Shown here: positions 11,233 to 20,580 of the stretch, piece after piece
Position numbering within the stretch: position 1 is the stretch's first letter
Layout of the letters: each line of letters starts with the position of its first letter
NCBI GenBank assembly: GCA_963711835.1
Contig: CAVQFQ010000021.1
Location: 64,001-128,000 of the forward strand
Length of the DNA: 64,000 nucleotides
Direction: 5' to 3'
From: an uncultured delta proteobacterium
GTDB taxonomy: Bacteria > Desulfobacterota > RBG-13-43-22
Notes under the pieces: generated by a model
What the model was told of the DNA's origin: nothing
The model's database searches: none
The model's input: only the letters and a program-made list of their open reading frames with translations
Program-made: the position numbers and the translations under genes

Positions 11233-12516
11233 ATGGATGATCTGAAAAAAATGTACCGGACCGTCATGGCCGATCACTTCCCGGCCACCCTTTCCATTAC
11301 TCTGAACGATCAGACCCTGATCTTTCGCAAACGCACCTGGAAGCTGCCCCAGGCCGACGGCGTCCTGGAAGAAAAAGGGCTGCGCTACGGCGAGAATCCG
11401 GGGCAGGAGGCCGCCCTGTATGAACTGGTCAATGGGAACCTGGTCCTGGGAGATTGCCGGTTCATCCGGCCCGGCCTGGGAATGGTCTCAGCCATCACCG
11501 AGGCCGAAATGATTCAGGAAGGCAAGCACCCCGGGAAGACCAATCTCACCGATGTGGATAACGCCCTAAATATCCTTAAATTTCTATTGGAAAAACCGGC
11601 GGCGGTCATCGTCAAACACAACAATCCCTGCGGGGTTGCTTATGGCCGGACCCTGGCCGAGGCCTATTTCCGGGCCAACCGGGCCGATCGGATCGCCGCC
11701 TTCGGCGGGGCCGCGGTTTTCAACCGGCCCCTGGATAAGGCCACTGCGGAACTGATTGCCCGAAATTACCTGGAAGTGGTGGCGGCCCCTGACTACGAGG
11801 AAGGTGCGCTTTCCAACCTGACCGGCCGGGGTAACCTCCGGATCCTGAAGGTGCCCGGCATGGACCGCCTGAAAGCCCTGCGCACCATGCGCTTCTTGGA
11901 TTTCAAGAGTCTGCAGGACGGCGGCTTGATCGTTCAACAGTCCCCGATCAATGCCGTTCAGAAAAAAGAGGATTTTAAAATAGCTTCCTGCAGCTTTAAG
12001 GGAAAAGACTACCGGATCGAGCGGCCCCCCACCGAAAAAGAACTGGAAGATATGGTCTTCGGTTGGTCGGTGGAACAGGGCGTGACCTCCAATTCCGTGC
12101 TTTATGTAAAAGATGAATGCACCGTCGGCATCGGCACCGGCGAACAGGATCGGGTGGGCGTGGCCGAGATAGCGGTCTTCAAGGCCCAGACCAAGTATGC
12201 CGATTGGGTCTGTTTTGATGCCTACGGAATTCCCTATAAGGAGCTCGAACTGGCCATTAAAGAGGGTCGAAGGGATCTCCGGGAGAAAGAAGCCGTTGAT
12301 CAAAAAACCAAAGCCGATAGGGCCGGCCTGCCGGGATCGGCCATGATCTCGGATGCCTTTTTTCCCTTCCGGGACGGGCTGGATGTCGGGTTGCAGCAAG
12401 GCATCACCGCTGTGGTCCAGCCCGGCGGATCCCTGCGGGATTACGAAGTCATCGAAGCCTGCAACGAAGCCAAGGCGACCATGGTCTTTACCGGCCAGCG
12501 GGCCTTCAAGCATTAA
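11233..12516 (+). CDS. purH: PurH-family AICAR transformylase/IMP cyclohydrolase-like protein (no N-terminal MGS-like domain visible)
   Basis: LRYGENPGQ, KHNNPCG, AFGG, GIGTGEQDRV, SDAFFPFRDG, QPGGSLRD, RAFKH; ATG 11233 after GGAG. Confidence 0.8.
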   Translation: MDDLKKMYRTVMADHFPATLSITLNDQTLIFRKRTWKLPQADGVLEEKGLRYGENPGQEAALYELVNGNLVLGDCRFIRPGLGMVSAITEAEMIQEGKHPGKTNLTDVDNALNILKFLLEKPAAVIVKHNNPCGVAYGRTLAEAYFRANRADRIAAFGGAAVFNRPLDKATAELIARNYLEVVAAPDYEEGALSNLTGRGNLRILKVPGMDRLKALRTMRFLDFKSLQDGGLIVQQSPINAVQKKEDFKIASCSFKGKDYRIERPPTEKELEDMVFGWSVEQGVTSNSVLYVKDECTVGIGTGEQDRVGVAEIAVFKAQTKYADWVCFDAYGIPYKELELAIKEGRRDLREKEAVDQKTKADRAGLPGSAMISDAFFPFRDGLDVGLQQGITAVVQPGGSLRDYEVIEACNEAKATMVFTGQRAFKH

Positions 12517-12539
12517 TCACTTAGGTGGCCCCGGAGCGG

Positions 12540-13205
12540 CTATTTCCCCGCCCGGCAGCTTATTGAGATGCCCTCTCCGCTGCCCCGCTCGACGGTCGTC
12601 CGGAATTCCGGGTCCCGCTTCACAACCTCAAGAAACTTGCGGATGTGGGGATCGTTGCTCCACAAGACGTTATGGGCGCTGAAGCAGCCCTTGGGTGTCA
12701 GCTTGCCTTTCAGATCGAGGAAATATTGCCAATACCAATCCTTGTCCGCGTCACAAAAAACAAGGTCGAAGGGACCTTTGAGAGAGAGGACGAGTTGGTG
12801 GGCGTCGCCGAGACGGGCGTCGATATAGGGCGACACCCCGGCCTTCCTGAAGTTGGCCAGGGCCGTTTCATACCGCTCTTTATTTATCTCAATCGTCGTG
12901 ACCCTGCCCCCTGTTTTAGAGGCCGCCCAGGCCAGCCAGATCGTCGAATGTCCCGTTGAGGTGCCGATCTCAAGGATGTTTTTGAAATGGCCCCGGAGTA
13001 CCAGGGAGTAAAGAATTTTCCCGTCCTCGTAGGGAACGTTCCAGGCCGACCAGGAATGGCGGGCCTCCTCCAGGAAGCGGGATACCCGGAGGTCAAGACC
13101 TCCCGCTTCGTTTGCCGGTTGAGCCGGAGAAGCTCCCGCCAGACAGAGATGGAAAAATACGGCCAGTATGGCCATGATAAACCCGCTGCTCCTATGCCTT
13201 ACCAT
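12540..13205 (-). CDS. Class I SAM-dependent O-methyltransferase with signal-peptide-like N-terminus
   Basis: LEIGTSTGHS, FDLVFCDADK, AHNV; hydrophobic N-terminus ending ASPA. Confidence 0.85.
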   Translation of the reverse strand: MVRHRSSGFIMAILAVFFHLCLAGASPAQPANEAGGLDLRVSRFLEEARHSWSAWNVPYEDGKILYSLVLRGHFKNILEIGTSTGHSTIWLAWAASKTGGRVTTIEINKERYETALANFRKAGVSPYIDARLGDAHQLVLSLKGPFDLVFCDADKDWYWQYFLDLKGKLTPKGCFSAHNVLWSNDPHIRKFLEVVKRDPEFRTTVERGSGEGISISCRAGK

Positions 13206-13515
13206 TTAGCTTCTCCTGCTGATTCCCGGCCTGTCTACCCCAACCCTCTGCATTATAACCTGGATCCCCTTTGTCCGGATGTGTTTTTTCACCACGGAGC
13301 CCTAAAGGATCCCTCCAACAAGAAAATCTCATTGCACCCCTCTAAGATTAGGATTAGTCTGCCGGTATGATCCCTGCCCCGCTTCTCGAAAAACCCAGGG
13401 CCCGGGTCCCGGTGACCGCCCGGGGGGCGGGTACCGGCATCGAGGGAAATCCCATCCCAATAGAAACAACCTCCCGCCTCCGCTCCTGACGGCAACGGAA
13501 AGGCTTTCAAGGGTT

Positions 13516-14259
13516 ATGAATCTGATCTTGGGTTTGGTAACAGGACTTTCCGGTGGTTTTCTGGGCGGCCTGGTGGGCGTGGGGGGTGCGGTAGTCATGA
13601 TACCGTTTATGACCCGGTTGGCAGGGATGACTCAGCATCAGGCCCACGGAACCAGCCTGGTGGCTATTGTCTTTACAGGCCTGGCCGGGGCAGCCACTTA
13701 CTCTCTCCACGGGGCGGTTGATTGGAGGGCGGCTTTGCTGCTGGCAGCAACCGCCATTTTTTCGGCCCGCTATGGCGCGCTCTACGCCCATTCACTGCCG
13801 GAGAAAAAGCTGAGAAAGGCCTTTGGTGTTTTTCTGGTTGCGGTCTCGCTGCTCCTGGTGGCCAGGAATTTTCTCCCGGGGATAAGCCATGAGCCTGTCT
13901 GGTGGGTGAAAGTCGCCGCCTTTCTTCTCACCGGGGTGGCTTGCGGCTTCTTATCGGGCATGATGGGGGTCGGCGGGGGGGGCATCATGATCCCGCTGAT
14001 GGTCCTCCTGGCCGGTATGGAACAGCACCTGGCCCAGGGCACTTCACTCCTGGTGATGGCTCCGGCCGCCCTGATCGGCGCCTTGACCCATTACCGGCTG
14101 GGGAACGTCCGGTCGGCTATCGTTTGGGGTCTGGCGCCGGGAGCCGTTGCCGGCGGCTACCTGGGGGCCGCCACCGCCAACCTGCTCCCCGGGTTAACCC
14201 TGACGATCGTTTTCTGCGCGATGGGCGCCTGGATGGGGTTCCGGTACATCAGGGCCTGA
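13516..14259 (+). CDS. TauE/SafE (sulfite exporter family) membrane protein
   Basis: Two GGLVGVGG/GMMGVGGG repeats, each followed by AHGTSL/AQGTSL; multiple TM helices. Confidence 0.9.
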   Translation: MNLILGLVTGLSGGFLGGLVGVGGAVVMIPFMTRLAGMTQHQAHGTSLVAIVFTGLAGAATYSLHGAVDWRAALLLAATAIFSARYGALYAHSLPEKKLRKAFGVFLVAVSLLLVARNFLPGISHEPVWWVKVAAFLLTGVACGFLSGMMGVGGGGIMIPLMVLLAGMEQHLAQGTSLLVMAPAALIGALTHYRLGNVRSAIVWGLAPGAVAGGYLGAATANLLPGLTLTIVFCAMGAWMGFRYIRA

Positions 14260-14352
14260 GACTCTCTTCAAACATCGCCTGGATCCTTTGACTCGTATCA
14301 GCCTCCGACGGGAACTTGTCTTCCCGGTAACGCACTACCCGGGCAAACCTCT

Positions 14353-14381
14353 AATAAGTTCACTCAGCACCTACGTACCCT
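14353..14381 (+). repeat. RAYT-associated terminal motif copy (TAAG...ACGTACCC|T)
   Basis: aataagttcactcagcacctacgtaccct; near-identical to 19662-19690 and similar to the ends flanking the RAYT. Confidence 0.65.
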
Positions 14382-14446
14382 TCGACTCTTTACCCTTTTT
14401 TCGTCAGATCCATGGCAGTCCTCCATCAAAGGCTGAAGAGCGTTCC

Positions 14447-15055
14447 CTATTGTTTTATAAAAGTCGCTTCCAGGACGTGGTCGCCGGTGATTTCCTTGAA
14501 GGTGTAGGTGTTTATGGCGCCCTGCGAAACCTTGTCCACCAGGACCTCGGAAAGCCGGTAGCCGGGCAGGGGGATAATCTGGAACCTCCGCTTCTCCCCA
14601 TGCACCGCTTTTACCGTACCGTAAGGATGGATAACCCCGTTAAACGGGGGGCGGACGTGGATCGTGTACGTTTTCAGGGAAAAGTTGGCGGTGACCGTCA
14701 GGTCAGCTGACAGGATGACCGAACAAGTCCGGAAGGATCCCCCACAGGCCCCACTCCAGCCCTCGAATACGGAATGGGGGGCGGGAATCGCGACCAGGGT
14801 CACCGGCGTTCCTTTTTTAAAGGAGGGCCCGGCGGGGTTCCTTCTCACCTTGCCCTGCCCTTTACCGGTCAGGAGGATCGTCAGGGTATGCTGCGCTATG
14901 GCCGGCGCTTGGTCCGCGGCGGAAGGAAGGTTTGGCCGGGTATCCGGCGCCGCTTTGGGGGTTTCCTGACCGAAAACCCGGTCACCGAAATAGAACAGGA
15001 AGACTGTCAGGCCGAGTACGGGGAGGGCCCACTTCGGCCCGTTGCGCCCTTTCAT
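14447..15055 (-). CDS. Exported protein with divergent InlB B-repeat / bacterial repeat domains
   Basis: Signal-like N-terminus; LTILLTGKGQGKV...GTPVTLVAIP...FEGWSGAC...VTANF followed by a second repeat (PLPGYRLSEVLVD...DHVLEATF). Confidence 0.7.
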   Translation of the reverse strand: MKGRNGPKWALPVLGLTVFLFYFGDRVFGQETPKAAPDTRPNLPSAADQAPAIAQHTLTILLTGKGQGKVRRNPAGPSFKKGTPVTLVAIPAPHSVFEGWSGACGGSFRTCSVILSADLTVTANFSLKTYTIHVRPPFNGVIHPYGTVKAVHGEKRRFQIIPLPGYRLSEVLVDKVSQGAINTYTFKEITGDHVLEATFIKQ

Positions 15056-15068
15056 AACCTTCCTCCTT

Positions 15069-16073
15069 TTATTCGCGAATGGTTATCGGTCGTCGGTTCT
15101 CCAGCCGCTCCAGAGCGGTTTTGACGCTGGTTCGCATCCGCTCGATCGACTGGCCCAGTCGGGCGACTTCTCCTTCCCCCTCCACATTGACGGCCGCCTC
15201 CAGGTCCCCCATACTGATCCGGTCGGCCGCTTCCGACAGTTGACGGATCGGCCGGACGATGGAAAACGAAAAGGCGTAGATGACCGTCAGCAGCACGGCC
15301 AGGTCGATCAGGACGATGGCCAGGAAAATCAGGAACCGGTTTCTGTACCGCTCCGCGTAAGCGGCCTGCATCCGGTCCACCTTGGCCAGGATGGCGCCAA
15401 CCGGTTTTCCGAATTCGTCTATGTAGGTCGTGGCGGCCACGATCAGGTTCGTGCCTTCCACCGGGGCGCTGAACATGTACTTGGGCCGCACCTTCCCATC
15501 GATGTCCTTCCATTGGTAATAGCCACCCGAAGCCCCTTTCAGCCCCGCTTCCATGACCTTGACGAATTCCGGCAGTTTACCGGCCAGCCGATGCAGGTCG
15601 GTCCCCACGATCTTCGGGTTGACGTGAAAATAGTTGATCCCTTTATTGTTATGAACCGCCGTATAGCCGGTTTCCCCGACCCGCTGGATGGCAATCTCCT
15701 GGAGACGCGGCTGGTTGGCCAGGGCCGCCTCCGACAGGCCCGGATGCGCTTCAAGGTAGATTTCAATCTGCCGGGCCACCCCTTCGGCTTTTTCCTGAAT
15801 AATCTTTTCTCCCAGTTTGTTGAGGGAAGCGACGGATTCTTTGACGCTGGCGGCGCCCAGTTCCTTCAGGCTGTTGGACCCGAGGGCCCGGATGCTGACC
15901 AACGGGCCCACATTGACGAAAAGCAGGCCGGCGATGACCAGGAAGGCGATCAGAATGGGGACGAAGATCCCCAGCAGCAGGGTTCCCTTTAACCCCAGCC
16001 GGTTCATCCGCTGCCTGAACGGTCCCGTTATCCGGTCCAGAAAGCCCCCCTCGCGCTTCGATATTTCCGTCAT
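15069..16073 (-). CDS. Membrane sensor-like protein with Cache and HAMP domains but no output domain
   Basis: ATG 16073 after AGGAGG; TM, VGETGYTAV...HVNP Cache-like region, TM, HAMP (RPIRQLSEAADRISMGDL...EVARLGQSIERM), then stop. Confidence 0.75.
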   Translation of the reverse strand: MTEISKREGGFLDRITGPFRQRMNRLGLKGTLLLGIFVPILIAFLVIAGLLFVNVGPLVSIRALGSNSLKELGAASVKESVASLNKLGEKIIQEKAEGVARQIEIYLEAHPGLSEAALANQPRLQEIAIQRVGETGYTAVHNNKGINYFHVNPKIVGTDLHRLAGKLPEFVKVMEAGLKGASGGYYQWKDIDGKVRPKYMFSAPVEGTNLIVAATTYIDEFGKPVGAILAKVDRMQAAYAERYRNRFLIFLAIVLIDLAVLLTVIYAFSFSIVRPIRQLSEAADRISMGDLEAAVNVEGEGEVARLGQSIERMRTSVKTALERLENRRPITIRE

Positions 16074-16098
16074 GATCGATCCTCCTGGTTTTGAGTGT

Positions 16099-16926
16099 TT
16101 AACTGGTTTCGAGGGAAGAAAGCCAGGCGACATGCATGGCCTTGCCAAACTTTTCCCGTTTCGGCTCCTCCGTGATCTGGTCACAGACCGTCGAGATGAA
16201 ACTTTGCACCCGGTCCTTTGGGAAGGCCTCCCGGGATTCCTCAAAAGCCGCCAGGGTATCGTTCAGGATGATCCGGGCGATCGGCCCCACCACCTTCTTG
16301 AGTTCCGTCTCGGCGGCCTCGAAAAAGGCCTCGTCAACCATGGCCCTCAGCCCCGCTTTGGGAATATCGGCGGCCTCCGTTTTTTCGACCAGACCTCTTT
16401 CAACCAAGGCGTAGAGGTTGCCCGAAACATCAAACACGGTCCACCCGAGCCGACCGGCCATTTCGGAGACGTTTCGCCTCCCGTTGCACAGGGCGAGTAC
16501 GCCCCACTGTCCGGCCGGGATCACCCGGTCTTCGCCGCCGCTATCACCCACCAGGGAGAAGACGGCCTCGGAGGAAGGCACCAATTGCCTGATCTTCTTC
16601 CACTTCTCCTCCCGTTGGGACCAATTCGACATGACTTGCTCGGTGGGCAGGCGCACCGTGCGTTCCTCCGGCGACGTTCGCCAATTGAAGGTGACCCGGC
16701 CGATGTCCAGGTCCATAATGGGCAGGATCGCTTCTTCTCCGTTCAGGGTGTCGGTCCGGGCATGGACGATCTGGCCCCCCTCAATATATAACTCCGCTAC
16801 CTCCTTACCCTTCTTACCCTTGACCGCCATCAGCCCGGACCTCTTCCCGTCCACCAGAGGTTTTACCAGGTTGAATAAGCTTATTACCGAAAGATCTCCG
16901 ATCAAATCCTTGAACACAGGGTACAC
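16099..16926 (-). CDS. DUF4388 (PatA-N-like) domain protein
   Basis: GTG 16926 after AAGGAGG; GDLSVISLFNLV...SGLM...ELYIEGGQIVHA...GEEAI...G.VTF; wHTH-like middle; C-terminal VGPIARIIL motif. Confidence 0.72.
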   Translation of the reverse strand: MYPVFKDLIGDLSVISLFNLVKPLVDGKRSGLMAVKGKKGKEVAELYIEGGQIVHARTDTLNGEEAILPIMDLDIGRVTFNWRTSPEERTVRLPTEQVMSNWSQREEKWKKIRQLVPSSEAVFSLVGDSGGEDRVIPAGQWGVLALCNGRRNVSEMAGRLGWTVFDVSGNLYALVERGLVEKTEAADIPKAGLRAMVDEAFFEAAETELKKVVGPIARIILNDTLAAFEESREAFPKDRVQSFISTVCDQITEEPKREKFGKAMHVAWLSSLETS

Positions 16927-17025
16927 AGGCCGCCTCCTTTCCCGCTGCGAGCCCGGGCCTGGTCGGCGGAAGCGCCGACCCAACGAAAGACTCCGACGCC
17001 TAAATGCGTCGCAATAAAATGAAAA

Positions 17026-17053
17026 GGGTACGTTCGTGCAGAATGTGCTTAGC
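17026..17053 (-). repeat. RAYT-associated terminal motif copy (minus orientation)
   Basis: Reverse complement gctaagcacattctgcacgaacgtaccc matches 14353-14380 at 20 of 28 positions. Confidence 0.55.
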
Positions 17054-17111
17054 TAAGGCTTACCCACTGGAATTAGGGTCTATTTTCTTTGCATCAATTT
17101 ATTACGAAAGG

Positions 17112-17274
17112 AAGGCATAATTGCTCAGCTATCACTTCAACCGGCCGATTGGCAGTGGGACTTAATATAAGAACCAGAAATGTTAACTTCACAAAAACGG
17201 GTGACAGGAAGTCAGGAAAAAACCCACGAGGAAATCTAAGGGTAAGTATAGACTCAATTATTTTTGAATGTCAA
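17112..17274 (-). promoter_or_regulatory. Sigma70 promoter plus conserved non-coding leader, copy 1
   Basis: Minus strand TTGACA-18-TATACT; 28-bp and 15-bp blocks identical to copy 2 at 22649-22812. Confidence 0.7.
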
Positions 17275-17359
17275 GGTTTTTTTATCAATAAGGAATTCGA
17301 AAAGGGATCCTGGAACTTGGTGGAGCTTAGGAAGTCCTGATGATATACCCACCTGAGGC

Positions 17360-17586
17360 TTAAAAGGAACTCAGATCTTCCAAAAGTCGTGTCAGGGGCA
17401 CACACCGGACCCGGTTCTCTAAAAAAAGGTTCCTTCCCCTGCATGAATGATATTCAGGAGGTCTAATCTTAAGTCTTCCAAGGCGTTTTTCATTGAGGTG
17501 GTAAGACGGGGAGAACTCGTTTTTTTAAATTCAAATCCCAGCCGTTTTCTTCCTCGGATAATGAGGAGGTCCAGCTCGGCCCCAGC
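17360..17586 (-). pseudogene. C-terminal remnant of an AAA/DUF4143 ATPase
   Basis: AGAELDLLIIRGRKRLGFEFKKTSSPRLTTSMKNALEDLRLD..., homologous to the C-terminus of 23838-24986; no start codon; frameshift in the T7 run at 17421-17427. Confidence 0.8.
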
Positions 17587-17819
17587 TCTCTCCTCTACCC
17601 TTCGATGATTTTAGTAATGTGTCCCCCTAATTCGCAAACTCCTTTTCCTGGCAACCCGGTTAAATTCCTCCGCTCGGGTTTATGAGGCCTGTTTTCCCTG
17701 GGCCACCCTTTCCGATTTTAATTAATGCAACTTAGAACCAACATCCCGCTTTATGAGGGGGACATCCTGAATTAAATCCTCGTTGACCTTCCCGGCCAAC
17801 TCGACTATAAAATCGGCCT

Positions 17820-18779
17820 ATGCCCCCATCCATGTCCACCAAGGGGATGCTGAACCTGATCGTGGTCTATCTGGTCTGGGGCAGCACCTACCTTTTCATC
17901 CGTCTGACCGTCCATGAAGGAAGCGGCTTTCCGCCCTTTGCCATGGCGGCCAGCCGGACGCTGTGTGCCTCGGTGATTCTCTTTGGACTGGCCAGGGGCT
18001 GCGGTTACGGCCTATGGCCTTCGGGGCCGGAGATGCGGGTTCTGTTTGCCTCCGGTCTTCTGTTCTGGCTCGGCGGAAATGGCATGGTCGTCTGGGCCGA
18101 GCGCCATGCCGACTCGAGTTATGCCGCGCTGGTGGTTGGCACCACCCCCATGTGGCCGGTTATTATGGAATCCATCATCGAACGTAAGGCACCCTCTTTT
18201 CTGTTGGTGGTTTCCCTGCTGATCGGATTTGCCGGCCTGGCCGTCCTGGTTGCCCCGGTCCTGCAACAAGGCTTTCGGGCCGATGCCTCAGCCACCGCGG
18301 CCCTCCTGCTGGCCGCCATGGCCTGGTCTGCCGGCTCCCTGCTCCTGCAACGCCGGCCGCCGGGGTCTCCAGCGCTTTTGGTTTCCGCCTACCAGCACCT
18401 GTTCGGAGGGATGGGCTTGACCGCGGCCATGCTGCTGTCCGGCGAACCCTGGCCCCAACCCGCGGCCATGGCCTGGATCGGCTGGGCCTATCTGGTTATT
18501 TTCGGATCCCTGATCAGCTTTACCTCCTATCTCATCGCCGTGCGCACCCTGCCTATCTCCGTGGTCATGACCTACGCCTATATCAATCCGGTCATCGCCG
18601 TTATCCTCGGCTGGCTGGTCCTGGGAGAGCGCATCACCGCCTCGACCGTCTCGGGGATGGCCCTTATCCTGATCGGGGTCTTCGGTGTTTTCTGGAAACG
18701 GTTGCGCCGGGGCGAGTGGATGATTTTAGGTGGGTTTGATCCGTTTCTTTGGAAGGTCCGATTTTTTCCCGCTATTTAA
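17820..18779 (+). CDS. EamA/DMT family transporter
   Basis: VYLVWGSTY, PPF...R, GSLISFTSY, YAYINPVIAVILGWLVLGE; TTGACC-17-TATAAA at 17783-17811 just upstream. Confidence 0.9.
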   Translation: MPPSMSTKGMLNLIVVYLVWGSTYLFIRLTVHEGSGFPPFAMAASRTLCASVILFGLARGCGYGLWPSGPEMRVLFASGLLFWLGGNGMVVWAERHADSSYAALVVGTTPMWPVIMESIIERKAPSFLLVVSLLIGFAGLAVLVAPVLQQGFRADASATAALLLAAMAWSAGSLLLQRRPPGSPALLVSAYQHLFGGMGLTAAMLLSGEPWPQPAAMAWIGWAYLVIFGSLISFTSYLIAVRTLPISVVMTYAYINPVIAVILGWLVLGERITASTVSGMALILIGVFGVFWKRLRRGEWMILGGFDPFLWKVRFFPAI

Positions 18780-18838
18780 GATGCCGCCCCTTCAGTGGAG
18801 TGGACAGCGTCCCCCTCTACTGCTTCTATTCCAAGTTC

Positions 18839-18874
18839 TTGACAGATGGTCCGGATGGCATATAATATGCCATC
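18839..18874 (+). promoter_or_regulatory. Sigma70 promoter with overlapping palindromic operator for the dinJ-yafQ operon
   Basis: TTGACA-16-TATAAT; perfect inverted repeat GATGGCATA-taa-TATGCCATC over the -10 box. Confidence 0.8.
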
Positions 18875-18952
18875 TTACCCGGCTGTTTGGAGTTTTCATT
18901 TTAGATCGGCCGGGGATAAATCGCCTCCGTTAGGAGAAAAAGGAGGGGGAAA

Positions 18953-19216
18953 GTGGGAACAGTGAAAACCGCAACCGCCAGGGCTTTAATCGACCCGGAA
19001 GTTAAAAAAGAGGCGGAAGCCATACTTAAGGAAATGGGACTGTCGGTTTCCAATTCGGTGGAACTCTTTTACCGGCAAGTGGTGGCTCAAAGGGGTCTAC
19101 CTTTTGAAATTCATGTCCCGAATGAAAAAACCATGAAGGCCATCAGCAACTCCCGATCAGGGAAAGGGAAGAGGTTTGCCGGTACGGAAGATCTCTTTAA
19201 GGATCTGGGCATCTGA
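18953..19216 (+). CDS. dinJ: RelB/DinJ family antitoxin
   Basis: KKEAEAILKEMGLSVSNSVELFYRQVVAQRGLPFEI...PNEKTMKAI...LFKDLGI. Confidence 0.88.
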   Translation: MGTVKTATARALIDPEVKKEAEAILKEMGLSVSNSVELFYRQVVAQRGLPFEIHVPNEKTMKAISNSRSGKGKRFAGTEDLFKDLGI

Positions 19217-19220
19217 GGCC

Positions 19221-19489
19221 ATGCGTTCCATCAGGAGGGATAGCCAGTTCAAAAAAGATGTGAAGGTCCTGTTTAGACGCGGGAAAGACCCGGACAAATT
19301 AAAAAAACTATTGAATGCCTGGCCGCGGCTGAACCGTTGCCCGCTCGAACCAAAGATCATCCCCTCAAGGGAACGCTTAAGGATTGCCGGGAGTGTCCTA
19401 TTGAAGGGGACTGGCTTTTAATCTATCGGATCGAAGGCAGTGAACTTTGTCTGGTCAGGACAGGCTCTCATGCTGATTTGTTCAGGTAA
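19221..19489 (+). pseudogene. yafQ: YafQ family mRNA interferase toxin, frameshifted at A7 run (19301-19307)
   Basis: MRSIRRDSQFKKDVK...KLKK, then in the -1 frame TIECLAAAEPLPARTKDHPLKG...RECPIEGDWLLIYRI...LVRTGSHADLFR-stop. Confidence 0.85.
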
Positions 19490-19661
19490 TAAGGATTCGC
19501 ACCTGGTCCCCTAAAACTACAAGGTTTGGTCCCGGAATCTCCAATCAGTTTTTCAAGGCGCAGGATAAAAGACCTGGCCTCGCCGGGGCGCTTTTGGAAT
19601 GAAGGTAATTTTAAAGACACCTGCCTGATTTCCGAAATCTTTATCTTTTTATATCCTTGTT

Positions 19662-19690
19662 AATAAGTTCACTCAGTAACTACGTGCTCT
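19662..19690 (+). repeat. RAYT-associated terminal motif copy
   Basis: aataagttcactcagtaactacgtgctct; direct repeat of 14353-14381. Confidence 0.65.
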
Positions 19691-19731
19691 AAAACGTATA
19701 TCGCCCATGACCGACTCCAGCGGTTCCGGAA

Positions 19732-20577
19732 TTAGATCACTCCGCGATAAAAGGCCAGCCGCCGGGCATACGGTGAATAAAGGTCGAGGATCTGTTGTTG
19801 TTCTTCAGGGGATAACGGTTCAAAATGGCGGCCGATCCGGGCCAGGGTTTTTACCTCTTCCGGCGTGGAGCAGCCGACAATGGCCAAGGTGATGGGCTGC
19901 GAAAGGGCAAATCGAATAAGCAACTCGGCTGTTATTCCGGTCTGGGGGATTAAATAATGAGAACCCCCCAAGACCTTCATCCCAATGACCGCCGCTCCTT
20001 TTGCCCGGGCAGCCGGAAGGGTGGAGGTCAGAAACCCTCCCAGGTTCCCCTCTACGGGATTGACGGGTATGAGGACCGAATCTATCGGCCAGGCCTTAAC
20101 GGCCCTGGTCAAAATTTCCGGATCATGATGACCGGTCAGGCCGATAAAGCGGATTTTCCCGCCGGCCTTGGCCTCGATAAAGGCCTCCAAGGCCCCGCCC
20201 GGCCCGGCTATGGTTTGAAAATCTTCTTCAGTCCTTACATCATGGATCTGCCAGAGATCAAGGTAATCGGTTCCCAGGTTGAGCAGGGTACGGTCTAATT
20301 CCTGGAGGGCCTCCCTTTTAGTCCTCATGGCCGATTTGCTGGTCTGAAAGATTCCGGCCCGGTCCTGGGGACGCCGGGTCCAGACCAAACCGTAATAGGC
20401 TTCACTTCCGGCATAGGCCCGGGCGGAATCAAAATAGCCGATCCCCTCGTCCAGGGCGGTCTCGATCACCTTCCGGGCCGTCTTTTCCCTTCCGAAGGTC
20501 CTGAGGACGCCTTCGCCTCCAAGACCGACGACGGTGATTTTCCGGCTGCTATTACCAAAAGATCTTTTTAAAAGCAT
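19732..20577 (-). CDS. Aldo/keto reductase
   Basis: GLGG, FDSARAY, TSKS, LGTDYLDLWQIH, GKIRFIGLTGH, IGMKVLGG. Confidence 0.9.
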   Translation of the reverse strand: MLLKRSFGNSSRKITVVGLGGEGVLRTFGREKTARKVIETALDEGIGYFDSARAYAGSEAYYGLVWTRRPQDRAGIFQTSKSAMRTKREALQELDRTLLNLGTDYLDLWQIHDVRTEEDFQTIAGPGGALEAFIEAKAGGKIRFIGLTGHHDPEILTRAVKAWPIDSVLIPVNPVEGNLGGFLTSTLPAARAKGAAVIGMKVLGGSHYLIPQTGITAELLIRFALSQPITLAIVGCSTPEEVKTLARIGRHFEPLSPEEQQQILDLYSPYARRLAFYRGVI

Positions 20578-20580
20578 TTT

